Shown here in pieces: positions 9,854 through 18,016 of a DNA stretch of 64,000 nucleotides (positions are counted from its first letter, which is position 1; every line of letters begins with the position of its first letter). Made by a program: the position numbers and the translations under genes. Source of the DNA: Gemmatimonadota bacterium (lineage in GTDB: Bacteria > Gemmatimonadota > Gemmatimonadetes > Longimicrobiales > Longimicrobiaceae); contig JAIRKD010000086.1 in the NCBI GenBank assembly GCA_031260285.1, positions 4,779 to 68,778 on the forward strand. The letters are read 5' to 3'. The notes beneath the pieces were generated by a model. It saw nothing but the letters and a program-made list of their open reading frames with translations, was not told the origin of the DNA and searched no databases.

Positions 9854-10200
9854 CGGGCGCCTTCCGTTACAGCAGGCGCGCTCGTCCGGACCGCCGGAAG
9901 GAAGATGATCTCGTCGTCCTCGGGGAGGTGCATCCCCAGCCGCTGACGGGCCACGCGCATCACCCGGGTACGGCTGCCGAGCTCCTCGATCTGTCGGTTG
10001 AAGGAGAGTCGCTCGGCTTCCACCAGCGCCCGCTCCTCCTCCAGTGCCCGGAGCTCCCGCTCCATGAACACCCCGCGGGTCTGCCTCCAGGTCACCAACG
10101 AAAGAGCCGCGAGAAGGACAAGCAGCCATCCCGCGACCTGGATTACTGTACTGCGACGGCGCGCCCCACCCCGATTCTGACTCCGGCGGCGGGCGCTCAT
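9850..10200 (-). CDS. ftsL: Cell division protein FtsL-like (small bitopic coiled-coil protein)
   Basis: 116 aa: basic N-terminus, one TM helix (VAGWLLVLLAALSLV), then a coiled-coil segment (ERELRALEEERALVEAERL). Sits between rsmH and ftsI with ATGA overlaps on both sides. Confidence 0.8.
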   Translation of the reverse strand: MSARRRSQNRGGARRRSTVIQVAGWLLVLLAALSLVTWRQTRGVFMERELRALEEERALVEAERLSFNRQIEELGSRTRVMRVARQRLGMHLPEDDEIIFLPAVRTSAPAVTEGAR

Positions 10201-11282
10201 GTTTTCCTCCAGGCGCGCAGCCGGGCGCTTCGTGCCCTGGGGTTGAGCTCCACCTCATCCGGCGACGCCATCACCGGCTTGCGTGTGAGAGATTCGCCAA
10301 GCGCCGCGCCCCGGCAGACACAGACGGGCAGGCCGGGAGGACAGACACACTCACGGCTCCATTCGCGGAAGGAATCCTTCACCAGCCGGTCTTCCAGTGA
10401 GTGGTACGCGATCACGACAAAAACCCCGCCTGCAGCCAGTGCATCGCGCAGGCTCGGCAGCGCCAGTTCCAGCGAAGTGATTTCGTCGTTCACTGCGATC
10501 CGCACCGCCTGGAAGATCCGCGCGCGATCCTGCGACGTTGCCCGGGGGATGACCCGATCCACCGCGCTGGAGAGATCGTCACTCCGCTCCAGCGGCTGCT
10601 TCTCGCGCATCTCCACAATCACCCGGGCGAGCCGACGCGATTTCTTCTCCTCGCCGTACCGCCAGAAGATCGTCGCCAGCTCCGCTTCGTCCATCGTATT
10701 GAGAAGATCCGCCGCACTCTCAAACCCCGCGGCACCCTCCATCCGCATGTCCAGCGGCGCGCCGGAACGGAAGGTGAAACCACGGGCGTCCTCGTCCACC
10801 TGCCGGGAGGAGATCCCCAGGTCCAGAAGCACTCCGGCCAGTGAACCCGGTTCGAGCTCAGACGCCTGTACGGCGTTGGCGTAGTTCCCCTGTACCGCCC
10901 TGAACCGCCCTCCGAAGCCCATCAGCCGCCGGCTCGCCTCTGCCAGTGCGGCAGGATCCCGGTCCACCCCGATCACAAACGCGGAGCCGGAAGCGTCCAG
11001 GATCGCCTCGCTGTGTCCCCCTCCGCCCAATGTTCCATCCAGATAGAATCCGCCGCGCGCCGGGTTGAGATACCCGAGCACTTCGGAGACCATCACGGGA
11101 ACATGGTATTCGGAGCCGTAGGACAATGATTGATCCCGGTAGACTTTGTCTCGCGGATGAACATCCGCGATCCGGAAAACGCTTGATGGATTCTTCACCA
11201 GCAACGCACGCACCCCGCCTGTCTCTTCAACCCGGAATCGGGGTTTCCACCTCGCGGCGCCCCGACTCCTCCCGATTCTCAC
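10197..11282 (-). CDS. rsmH: 16S rRNA (cytosine1402-N4)-methyltransferase RsmH/MraW
   Basis: Motifs HVPVMVSEVL, DGTLGGGGHSEAIL, GVLLDLGISS.Q, AYHSLEDR. Start uncertain. The GTG at 11282 overlaps the mraZ stop as GTGA, matching other junctions in this window. Alternatives are GTG 11213, TTG 11126 and ATG 11093; the last would cut the conserved HxPV motif. Confidence 0.88.
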   Translation of the reverse strand: MRIGRSRGAARWKPRFRVEETGGVRALLVKNPSSVFRIADVHPRDKVYRDQSLSYGSEYHVPVMVSEVLGYLNPARGGFYLDGTLGGGGHSEAILDASGSAFVIGVDRDPAALAEASRRLMGFGGRFRAVQGNYANAVQASELEPGSLAGVLLDLGISSRQVDEDARGFTFRSGAPLDMRMEGAAGFESAADLLNTMDEAELATIFWRYGEEKKSRRLARVIVEMREKQPLERSDDLSSAVDRVIPRATSQDRARIFQAVRIAVNDEITSLELALPSLRDALAAGGVFVVIAYHSLEDRLVKDSFREWSRECVCPPGLPVCVCRGAALGESLTRKPVMASPDEVELNPRARSARLRAWRKT

Positions 11283-11713
11283 GAAAAGACCTCCCGGGCC
11301 AGACGATCCAGCTCGGCCGTACGAACCGGTCGGGACGCTTCGTACTGCGCGGGGTCCCACAACTCGATCCGATCCAGCGCCCCCACCAGCATCGCGGACT
11401 CACTGATCCCCACTGCCTGCAGCAGCTTCGCCGGAATCAGCACCCGCCCTGAACGGTCCGGCGTAACCTCCACCGCCCGCGACGTCACCTCCAGCACAAA
11501 CCCGCGATACTCCGGATTCTTCCGTCGGAGCTCCATCAACCGCTCCGACAGCTCCCGCCACGCCGGGCCCGGATAGAGCGTCAGCGAACGCTCATCCACC
11601 TGGACCACAACCAGCGGTTCATTCTCGGCGAGATCACGGCGGAACGAGGCAGGGAGGCTGAGCCGCCCCTTCTCATCCACCTGATGTACATAGCCGCCGA
11701 GAAATCCGGACAT
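11279..11713 (-). CDS. mraZ: Transcriptional regulator MraZ
   Basis: 144 aa starting MSGFLGGYVHQVDEKGRLSLPASFRR. Duplicated SpoVT/AbrB-like halves (second: DRSGRVLIPAKL). First gene of the dcw cluster. Confidence 0.93.
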   Translation of the reverse strand: MSGFLGGYVHQVDEKGRLSLPASFRRDLAENEPLVVVQVDERSLTLYPGPAWRELSERLMELRRKNPEYRGFVLEVTSRAVEVTPDRSGRVLIPAKLLQAVGISESAMLVGALDRIELWDPAQYEASRPVRTAELDRLAREVFS

Positions 11714-11733
11714 CCCACCCCTCGCATGATTCG

Positions 11734-11759
11734 TCCCACTTCATCCCATTTTATCCCAC
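11734..11759 (-). promoter_or_regulatory. Putative MraZ operator: three direct (G/A)TGGGA boxes with 10-bp periodicity upstream of mraZ
   Basis: Minus strand reads AAGTGGGATAAAATGGGATGAAGTGGGACGAA. Plus-strand TCCCAC is at 11734-11739, TCCCAT at 11744-11749 and TCCCAC at 11754-11759. A fourth GTGGGA (11713-11718) abuts the mraZ ATG, 21 bp from the array. MraZ proteins are known to bind 10-bp-spaced GTGGG-type direct repeats in their own promoter. Confidence 0.6.
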
Positions 11760-11857
11760 TTACCCCCAATGATCGTGGAAATTCGGGAGCAAGTCAAGAG
11801 TTCGGCACTCTCGAATATCGATTGTTAGGCTTCCCCGGTACGGAACTCCCTGATTGG

Positions 11858-11938
11858 CCCAAAACGACGCGGGGCATGCCGGCGTAATGCCGGCATGCCC
11901 CGCGCTTGAAAACCGGAGAAGGCTTCCCGGAGGAAGCC
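11858..11938 (-). terminator. Tandem rho-independent terminator hairpins downstream of the TPR lipoprotein gene
   Basis: Hairpin 1: GGCTTCC/GGAAGCC (11921-11938), followed on the minus strand by TTCTCCGGTTTTC. Hairpin 2: perfect 15-bp stem GCGGGGCATGCCGGC/GCCGGCATGCCCCGC (11869-11903, 5-nt loop), followed by GTCGTTTTGG. Confidence 0.75.
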
Positions 11939-11945
11939 CCCGGAT

Positions 11946-13616
11946 TTACCGATTCCCGATTGCGCTGACCAGATAGGTGCGCAGCTGGTTCGCGGCGTTA
12001 AGGAGCTGCTCCGCCTGCGGCGCCGTCGAGGTCGGCAGCACCACAATCGCCCGGTCCGCCAGAGCAAGACCGTTCCGGAGCGCCTGAACGTTCCCGGTGC
12101 CACCCTGGGCAATCGCCGAGGTCTGCTGAACCAGAGCCGTGCCCAGAAGCAGAGCAACCGTGCTGCGGGCGTCACTGGCCGGCATGTTGTCGTAGGCGAC
12201 GTTCAGGAACGCAGCCGCCGGCTCCCACTGCTGCGGCTGGATGTACCCGGCACCAAGGCCGTACGCCACTGTCGCGGCGGTTGTCGCATCAATCCGGGCG
12301 TGAGACGCCAGATCCGCGGCGGCGGCCTGATAGTCACCGATCCGGTTATACGCCTGGGCCCGGAGGAGCAGCGCTGACGCATGGTTCGGGTCCGCGGCCG
12401 AAAGCCGGGTCAGAACCGCGATCTCGTCATTGTCACGACCGGCCTCACGGTACACACCCGCAAACGCAGCCAGGATCTGGGCGTCCTCACCCTTGCGGGC
12501 CAGCGCGGCCTCACTCGCCCGGACGGCATCGTCCGTACGACCGGTTGCCGTAAGGAGCTCGATCATGCGCAGCGTAACCGGGGTCTCGACATCCGTCGCG
12601 TTGCCGTAAGCAACCTGATAGGCGGCGAGTGCCTTCTGGAAGACCTCGTCCGACTGGCGGACGTCATTCGCCTGCCGGAGATCGCGACCGGCGAGCGAGC
12701 CCATCTGGAAGACGATGCCCTGGTACTCCGTGTTGGTCGCGTTGTCAGCGAGCCCGCCCTCAAGAATGCGGAACGCGGAGAGATAGTCACCCGTCTGCGA
12801 GATCTCGCCGGCAAGCGCCAGGCGGTTGCCGTTCGGGTTGATCTCAAGATACCGGCGGTAGAAACCGACAGCGTCCGTACCCCGCTCAAGCCAGCTGGAG
12901 GCAAGACCCGCCCGCAGCAGAGCATCCTGGCTGCTGGGATCCACCTGGAGAAGCTGATTGAAAGCGGCGATCGCCTCCTCATAGCGTTTCAGGTTGAGCA
13001 GCGCGGTTCCCTTGCCCAGCAGCGCGGTGCTGCTGTTCGGCACAACCGCAAGCGCGGCGTTGCACGCCTGAAGCGCCTGCTCGTTCTGGCCGGAACGGAG
13101 GTTGTCGGTGCAGACAGCCGCCTGCCGGACCCCTTCAACCGAACGCTCAAAGCCGGTGAACACGGCGGAGGCGACCTCAGCCGGAGTTGCACCTGTAGCG
13201 ACCGGAACGTTGATCTCGTCACCGCTCCGGCTGTCAATGAACTTGACAGTGGTCTGAAGACCGCTGCCAGCCTGGGTGACTTCACCCCAGGCAACCATCT
13301 GCACGCCACCGATAATCGAGGCGAGCTGCCGGGCGCTGATCTCGTCAAGCTCCGTCAGCCCATACTCCTTCATGGACGCGGTAAGAGACGCCTTGCTGAT
13401 TGCGGCGTGGGTGGACATCTCCGTTACCAGGCCACGAAGCTCGTTGGCGACATTTGCGCCCTGGGGTCCGGGGAACTCGGGGATAAGCACAAGCGCCCGG
13501 CCACCAACTTCGGGACCGCTGCTGTCAACGCCAAAACCGGGACCGGCCCCGGAGCATCCGCCGACGGTTGCCGCCAGAGCCGCAAACAGCACGGCCCGAG
13601 GAACAAAAACTCGCAT
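11946..13616 (-). CDS. TPR-repeat lipoprotein with N-terminal alpha/beta (TolB-N/CsgG-like) module
   Basis: Start chosen at ATG 13616 (GGAG 9 nt upstream), giving MRVFVPRAVLFAALAATVGGCSG with a lipobox. N-terminal segment is RALVLIPEFPGPQGANVANELRGLV...GGVQMVAWGEV. It is followed by ~400 aa of TPR-like helical repeats (e.g. LNLKRYEEAIAAFNQLLQVDP). Confidence 0.75.
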   Translation of the reverse strand: MRVFVPRAVLFAALAATVGGCSGAGPGFGVDSSGPEVGGRALVLIPEFPGPQGANVANELRGLVTEMSTHAAISKASLTASMKEYGLTELDEISARQLASIIGGVQMVAWGEVTQAGSGLQTTVKFIDSRSGDEINVPVATGATPAEVASAVFTGFERSVEGVRQAAVCTDNLRSGQNEQALQACNAALAVVPNSSTALLGKGTALLNLKRYEEAIAAFNQLLQVDPSSQDALLRAGLASSWLERGTDAVGFYRRYLEINPNGNRLALAGEISQTGDYLSAFRILEGGLADNATNTEYQGIVFQMGSLAGRDLRQANDVRQSDEVFQKALAAYQVAYGNATDVETPVTLRMIELLTATGRTDDAVRASEAALARKGEDAQILAAFAGVYREAGRDNDEIAVLTRLSAADPNHASALLLRAQAYNRIGDYQAAAADLASHARIDATTAATVAYGLGAGYIQPQQWEPAAAFLNVAYDNMPASDARSTVALLLGTALVQQTSAIAQGGTGNVQALRNGLALADRAIVVLPTSTAPQAEQLLNAANQLRTYLVSAIGNR

Positions 13617-14086
13617 CACCGTCACTCCAGTCTGAATGATGAAACGGGGAAAAGACGAACGCGAAAGCCCCGACACGGGACCTCGGGAAGACAGGTAACA
13701 GGGATCAATCACCCGACGTTACCGGATCACGCAGCTTTCTCCAGGAGCAGTCCGGACGTGGAACTCCCTGATCCTTTGCTGCGCTTGCTGCTTATAAAAG
13801 GATTCGAGTCGGACCGGACCACAAACCGGAGACATACCAGCCGGTTCAGTGACCCGGGAACCTCGTCGATCAGCCTTCAGGGGTAATTCCACGCGGATAC
13901 CGAAACACTCCCGGCTCAGCAGATTGACCAATCTGCCCGTGCCTGCGTCCTTCGTCAAGAGGACAAACAACCGGACCCGACTATATCATCGTCATCAACA
14001 ACAGCTCTCCCACGGATCCACCTCCATCTCACCATCCTTAATCGCGGGATCGGAGGACCCCGCAGAAGGAGTGGCGGAAGCAGACC

Positions 14087-15319
14087 TCACCATTTTTTCT
14101 CAGGTTTCTCCGGATCAGGGAGATAGATCAGCGTCGGATAACTCGACGCAATCCGATCCATGGAAACATCCTGTGACTGGCAGGATCCGGTGCCCACACA
14201 CTTCCGGACGATACCATATATCAAACCCGAATGATCGGCTGAGAGGCTGAAATGGTAGACAACCGAATCCTGAGCAGGAAGCGGGCGTATCGAGAAGATG
14301 ACCGAATCCTGCGCTGCGGACGTATACAGGAAATCGTAACGGGAGGGAGTTCCACCAGTGACACGCTCCCGGTTCCAGTCTGCCTCCAGCTGCCCACCTC
14401 TCTGCGAAAGGGCCAGGTGGAGCGCATCCACAGTGTCCCTCGCTGCCCCTTCCAGAGAAGAGCCGTACCAATCTCCCGCAAACGCAAAGCCATCTTCAAC
14501 CGTCAACTGGATCTCATCAGAGACGCCTTCATATTCGGCCCGGATGATGGCCGTACCGGATGCATTCAGGAAGACCGTACCATTTTCGACGAAAGCAATC
14601 GAATCCTTTGAGCTTGTCCAGCTTGCACGGCCCCACCAGAACGGCAGGGTATCTCCTGTGGCGAAGAGCAGGGCTGCATTCAGTTCCAGCGTTTCACCCC
14701 GGGTGGCCGTGAGAATGGAATCTCCCGCGATCACAACCCGCGAAATGTACGGATTCAACTGCAGTCTGACCTCCGACAGGCTGTCCGCTTCGAGGTAAAC
14801 CTCATCAGCCGCCGCGGTAAAAAGGATATCCTCACCCCGAAGCAGTTCGGTATAGATCCATCCCGATTCAGGCTGATCCCCCACAGGGATTCTCACTCTG
14901 ACCCGGCTGGAGACATCCGGCACAAACGGGCGAACCACTTCGATCGGGGGAGACTCAGGATCACCTTCTCCGCCATACCGATGGTATACCACCCGGATCC
15001 GGTTCACCTTTGCGTACGCGTCGCTCATCCCGTCAAACGCGATATCATCTGCGACGGGGGCGATCGTCAGGCTGATCTCCCGCTGTATGGACCCCGGATC
15101 AACCAGGAGCTCGTTACAGCCCGCCAGAAGAACGAAGAGACCAGACGCCAGAGTCACACGCAAACCGGAGAACAGCATCGCAGCCGCATTCGAGGCGGTA
15201 CGCGCACACTGGCGCACGTCCTGACTCCCGGTGCGCCGGTCACCGGCGACGAAGCTCAGGGATTCTGTATCAGACATGGGAGTGGTTTCAGCGGAGCGCC
15301 GCTGCATGATCTGGTTCAT
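14087..15319 (-). CDS. Lipoprotein with bacterial Ig-like (Big_2) domain, function unknown
   Basis: Lipobox LFVLLAGC. Big_2-like segment SRVVIAGDSILTATRGETLELNAALLFATGDTL...WTSSKDSIAFVENGTVFLNASGTAIIRAEYEGVSDEIQLTV. ATG 15319 overlaps the upstream stop (ATGA). ATG 15178 (MLFSGL...) would place the signal peptide at the N-terminus, so the start is uncertain. Confidence 0.7.
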   Translation of the reverse strand: MNQIMQRRSAETTPMSDTESLSFVAGDRRTGSQDVRQCARTASNAAAMLFSGLRVTLASGLFVLLAGCNELLVDPGSIQREISLTIAPVADDIAFDGMSDAYAKVNRIRVVYHRYGGEGDPESPPIEVVRPFVPDVSSRVRVRIPVGDQPESGWIYTELLRGEDILFTAAADEVYLEADSLSEVRLQLNPYISRVVIAGDSILTATRGETLELNAALLFATGDTLPFWWGRASWTSSKDSIAFVENGTVFLNASGTAIIRAEYEGVSDEIQLTVEDGFAFAGDWYGSSLEGAARDTVDALHLALSQRGGQLEADWNRERVTGGTPSRYDFLYTSAAQDSVIFSIRPLPAQDSVVYHFSLSADHSGLIYGIVRKCVGTGSCQSQDVSMDRIASSYPTLIYLPDPEKPEKKW

Positions 15320-16467
15320 CGGCCGAAGCGGACGTTGAGAGTAAGGTCAACGCCGGTGATTCTGCTCTCCATGCCTTCCCCGGCGACAAGGTTCCCGTAC
15401 CGGAAACGCGCGCCGGAGGTAATCGCATGGGGTCCGGAAGGCAGTTCCATGGCGAGGCCCGCATCACCGATGTACCCCTGCCCCAGACCACTGCCGCGCC
15501 GGTAGATCCGCCCGCCGAGATCGGGAACAAGGATCACCCCGCCCACCGGCACGCGCATTCCCGCTCCAACCAGACCGAGCGTACGGCTGGAGAAGTCGTT
15601 GATCAGAACCGGATCCAGAACAACGCCACCGTCAGCGCGCATTCCGCCGGTATACAGAATCGCCGTGGACCGCCCCCCGAGAACAAACGCATATGAACCC
15701 AGAGCCTGGTAGCGGTTTCCCGGACGGAAGAGATCGTTCTCCTCCATGACATCCGCGTTGGTGCGCTCGAAGGTGAACCCGAGAGTGAGCCTGGATGAGC
15801 GGGTCAGATTCCGCTCCGCGGCCGCCCTCAGCTGAAGCCGGTTGCCGGGCTGGTACACAAAGTCAGCCCCGGCTGAACCATCGCTATCCGGGTTCCGGAA
15901 TGGCGAATACTGCCGGGAAGAAAGGAACCCCGCGCCGACCCCTACACTTCCCTGCCCCAGGGTGCGGGTTGTCATGAGTGCAACACCCGCCGAACCACCA
16001 CCACCCCAGCTCCGGATCCCGAAAGGCAGAAACTCCGTTGCGATGACAGAGGCGACCTGCGCTTCAGCGAGCGTATGGCGCCCACTCCCGGTCGGAGTTA
16101 CAGCCACGCCGGTCAGCGCTGCCGTATACGGACCGCGGCCCATGTTCAGGCCAAGTGAGACTTCCGTATCCAGCGGACCGGAAAGTGTGATCTCCCTGCC
16201 CCGGGCATCAATCATCGTCCCGCTTGCATACCCTCCGCTCAGCTGGAGCCAGAGGGGGCCGGCCACCGTAGCGCGAGCCGAAGCGGGAGCGGAGAACAGC
16301 GAGACCGACTTCAACCCCGCGTTCTCCGGGGAAGAAAAGCTGTACCGCTCAAATCCGGGCCCGACGGAAATCGCGAGGCCATCAAGAGGAGACTGCGCAA
16401 CAGCAGACCGCGGAGCCGGCAGGGCAACCACCGCTGCAGCCACCAGAAGGACAGATTTCAGATTCAC
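15316..16467 (-). CDS. Predicted outer-membrane beta-barrel protein, function unknown
   Basis: 383 aa. Signal peptide MNLKSVLLVAAAVVALPAPRSAVA-QS. Gly-rich with alternating hydrophobic beta-strand pattern throughout. Aromatic residue near the C-terminus (LNVRFGR). GTG start overlaps the upstream stop (GTGA). Confidence 0.65.
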   Translation of the reverse strand: MNLKSVLLVAAAVVALPAPRSAVAQSPLDGLAISVGPGFERYSFSSPENAGLKSVSLFSAPASARATVAGPLWLQLSGGYASGTMIDARGREITLSGPLDTEVSLGLNMGRGPYTAALTGVAVTPTGSGRHTLAEAQVASVIATEFLPFGIRSWGGGGSAGVALMTTRTLGQGSVGVGAGFLSSRQYSPFRNPDSDGSAGADFVYQPGNRLQLRAAAERNLTRSSRLTLGFTFERTNADVMEENDLFRPGNRYQALGSYAFVLGGRSTAILYTGGMRADGGVVLDPVLINDFSSRTLGLVGAGMRVPVGGVILVPDLGGRIYRRGSGLGQGYIGDAGLAMELPSGPHAITSGARFRYGNLVAGEGMESRITGVDLTLNVRFGR

Positions 16468-17801
16468 TGGGGAGCCGTCGGGCTGTTAATGATGAGATCA
16501 ATCGTCGCGAATCGCCCCGGGTCAGTACCGAAGACTTCCATCGCGGGAATCCGCGCGAGATCCGACGGAACGAGTCGCTGAATCAGATTCAGATCGGAGA
16601 ACTGCGCCGCCGAGGATATCCCTGCTCCCGCAAGCTCTCTCACTCCGAGCTGCGCAAGCTGCTGAAGCGAAAGCAACGAATTGGAAAGCGCCGCATCCGC
16701 CTGCTCCGCGCGGTTCCGCGCTTCCGTGAATTCGGGGTCCAGCGCCGCGGCCCGTGCGCACTCGGTGGCTGCCTCCTCGTAGTTCCCTGCATCATCAGCT
16801 TCAAGGCACTGCCCGTATGCAAGCAGCGCCTGAAGGTTCTGGGTGGGAACCCGGGAGACCCTGTCCCGCTCGGCGGGTGACAGCTGAACACCAAGAGATG
16901 AATACAGGCTGAATACCAGCCGCTTCTGTGCATCGAAGAGCCGCCTCAGCGCGTCACTTTCAACCAGCGGAGTACCCGGCGTCCCCGTGGAAACACCAAC
17001 CACCACTGCCTGGAGCCGCGCTTCGTCCGCCGTCGGAATATTGAGCTGGCCCTGTACGATCCGCTCAGCGCCTACAAGCCGACCCGACCGCGCCGCGGTG
17101 AGCGGATCAAAGAGTCCGGTCTCGCCCAGGTTCATCTCATCAATGAGAAGCTGGAGTCGCATGCGCTCCAGAACCCTGATCCGGCTGGTCTGGGAGAGGT
17201 CCGTGACAACCATCTCCGCGAGAGCCCGACTGAGCGGCTCAAACGTCGGATCCCGTCCCTCGTAGGCAAACGGGAAGACAGCTACCGTACCAGCCTGGGG
17301 CGGAGTGCGTGAAAGCACGGTCTCGTTCCCCAACGCGGCCCGCGCCGCCAGAAGCAGCTCCTGACGCTCCAGGATCGGGAAGCGGTGTTCAATGGTCCGG
17401 CGCAGGTTGGCATCTGTACCTACCGCGAGATAGCGGGTATAGACCGCGCGTGCCTCGGCAGGGGAACCCAGCGCTTCATGGGTCAGCCCGAGGTAGTAGA
17501 CCCCCGCGGGCTCGGTCGCATCAAGCGCAACAGCCCGCTCAAGCAACGACTTCGCCTCCTCAAAACGACCCGCCCCATGATAAGCGACACCCAGGCGAAC
17601 CAGAGTGCCCACATCCCGCGGTGAAGTGGCGACGGTGGTTTCGAGACCGGGGATCTCGGCGGCTCCCGGCAGCGCCGGCGCAATCGCGGTGGCGCATCCT
17701 CCAAGCACAGCCACACTGGCCGTTGTCGCCAGAGCGCCGACCATCCGTCGGACTCCCCGACTCAACGGGGAACCGGATGCAATCATACTCAATCCTGCCA
17801 T
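16464..17801 (-). CDS. Lipoprotein: TPR repeats flanking a CsgG/TolB-N-like domain
   Basis: Start chosen at ATG 17801 (AAGGAG 12 nt upstream); the track ORF extends to 17921. Lipobox AVLGGC. TPR-like segments (GRFEEAKSLLERAVALDA, NYEEAATECARAAALDP). The central segment VAVFPFAYEGRDPTFEPLSRALAEMVVTDLSQTSRIRVLERMRLQLLIDEMNL...GRLVGAERIVQGQL resembles the CsgG-family signature. Confidence 0.7.
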   Translation of the reverse strand: MAGLSMIASGSPLSRGVRRMVGALATTASVAVLGGCATAIAPALPGAAEIPGLETTVATSPRDVGTLVRLGVAYHGAGRFEEAKSLLERAVALDATEPAGVYYLGLTHEALGSPAEARAVYTRYLAVGTDANLRRTIEHRFPILERQELLLAARAALGNETVLSRTPPQAGTVAVFPFAYEGRDPTFEPLSRALAEMVVTDLSQTSRIRVLERMRLQLLIDEMNLGETGLFDPLTAARSGRLVGAERIVQGQLNIPTADEARLQAVVVGVSTGTPGTPLVESDALRRLFDAQKRLVFSLYSSLGVQLSPAERDRVSRVPTQNLQALLAYGQCLEADDAGNYEEAATECARAAALDPEFTEARNRAEQADAALSNSLLSLQQLAQLGVRELAGAGISSAAQFSDLNLIQRLVPSDLARIPAMEVFGTDPGRFATIDLIINSPTAPQ

Positions 17802-18016
17802 GCGGGAGACCTGCTCCTTCCGGAAGGGCCGTCCTGAACAGGACAGGCGCGTCAGATGGTACAGTGAACAAGGGATCACAGCCGTCACCCCTGCTGTCGT
17901 ATCTGTGAATCGGGAAACCACAACTCGCCTGAAGCGAACTCACTGATCAGAATTGACGACGTTAGGATGATTGGAGAAGGCTGTCAAGGAAATCGCCGGC
18001 ATCGATAAACAACCGC

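Noticed and set aside
9854-10258. 135-codon N-terminal extension of ftsI given by the ORF track
   Set aside because: It overlaps the whole ftsL gene in another frame and is Gly/Pro/Arg-rich. The internal ATG at 9853 gives an ATGA junction with ftsL and a normal cytoplasmic tail plus TM start.
11262-11275. Strong SD-like GGGAGGAG just after the mraZ stop, considered as the ribosome-binding site for rsmH
   Set aside because: No in-frame ATG/GTG/TTG lies 5-12 nt downstream. The nearest GTG is out of frame and hits a stop after 8 codons.
12381-13886. 501-aa plus-strand ORF
   Set aside because: It is antisense to the TPR lipoprotein gene, which has a signal peptide, a lipobox, an SD and repeat structure. 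No motifs are present in the plus-strand product.
14040-14080. SRP-RNA-like string (GGCGGAAGCAGACC)
   Set aside because: It shares only a short resemblance to the GGAAGCAGCC helix-8 motif. The symmetric-loop partner and the surrounding helices are absent.
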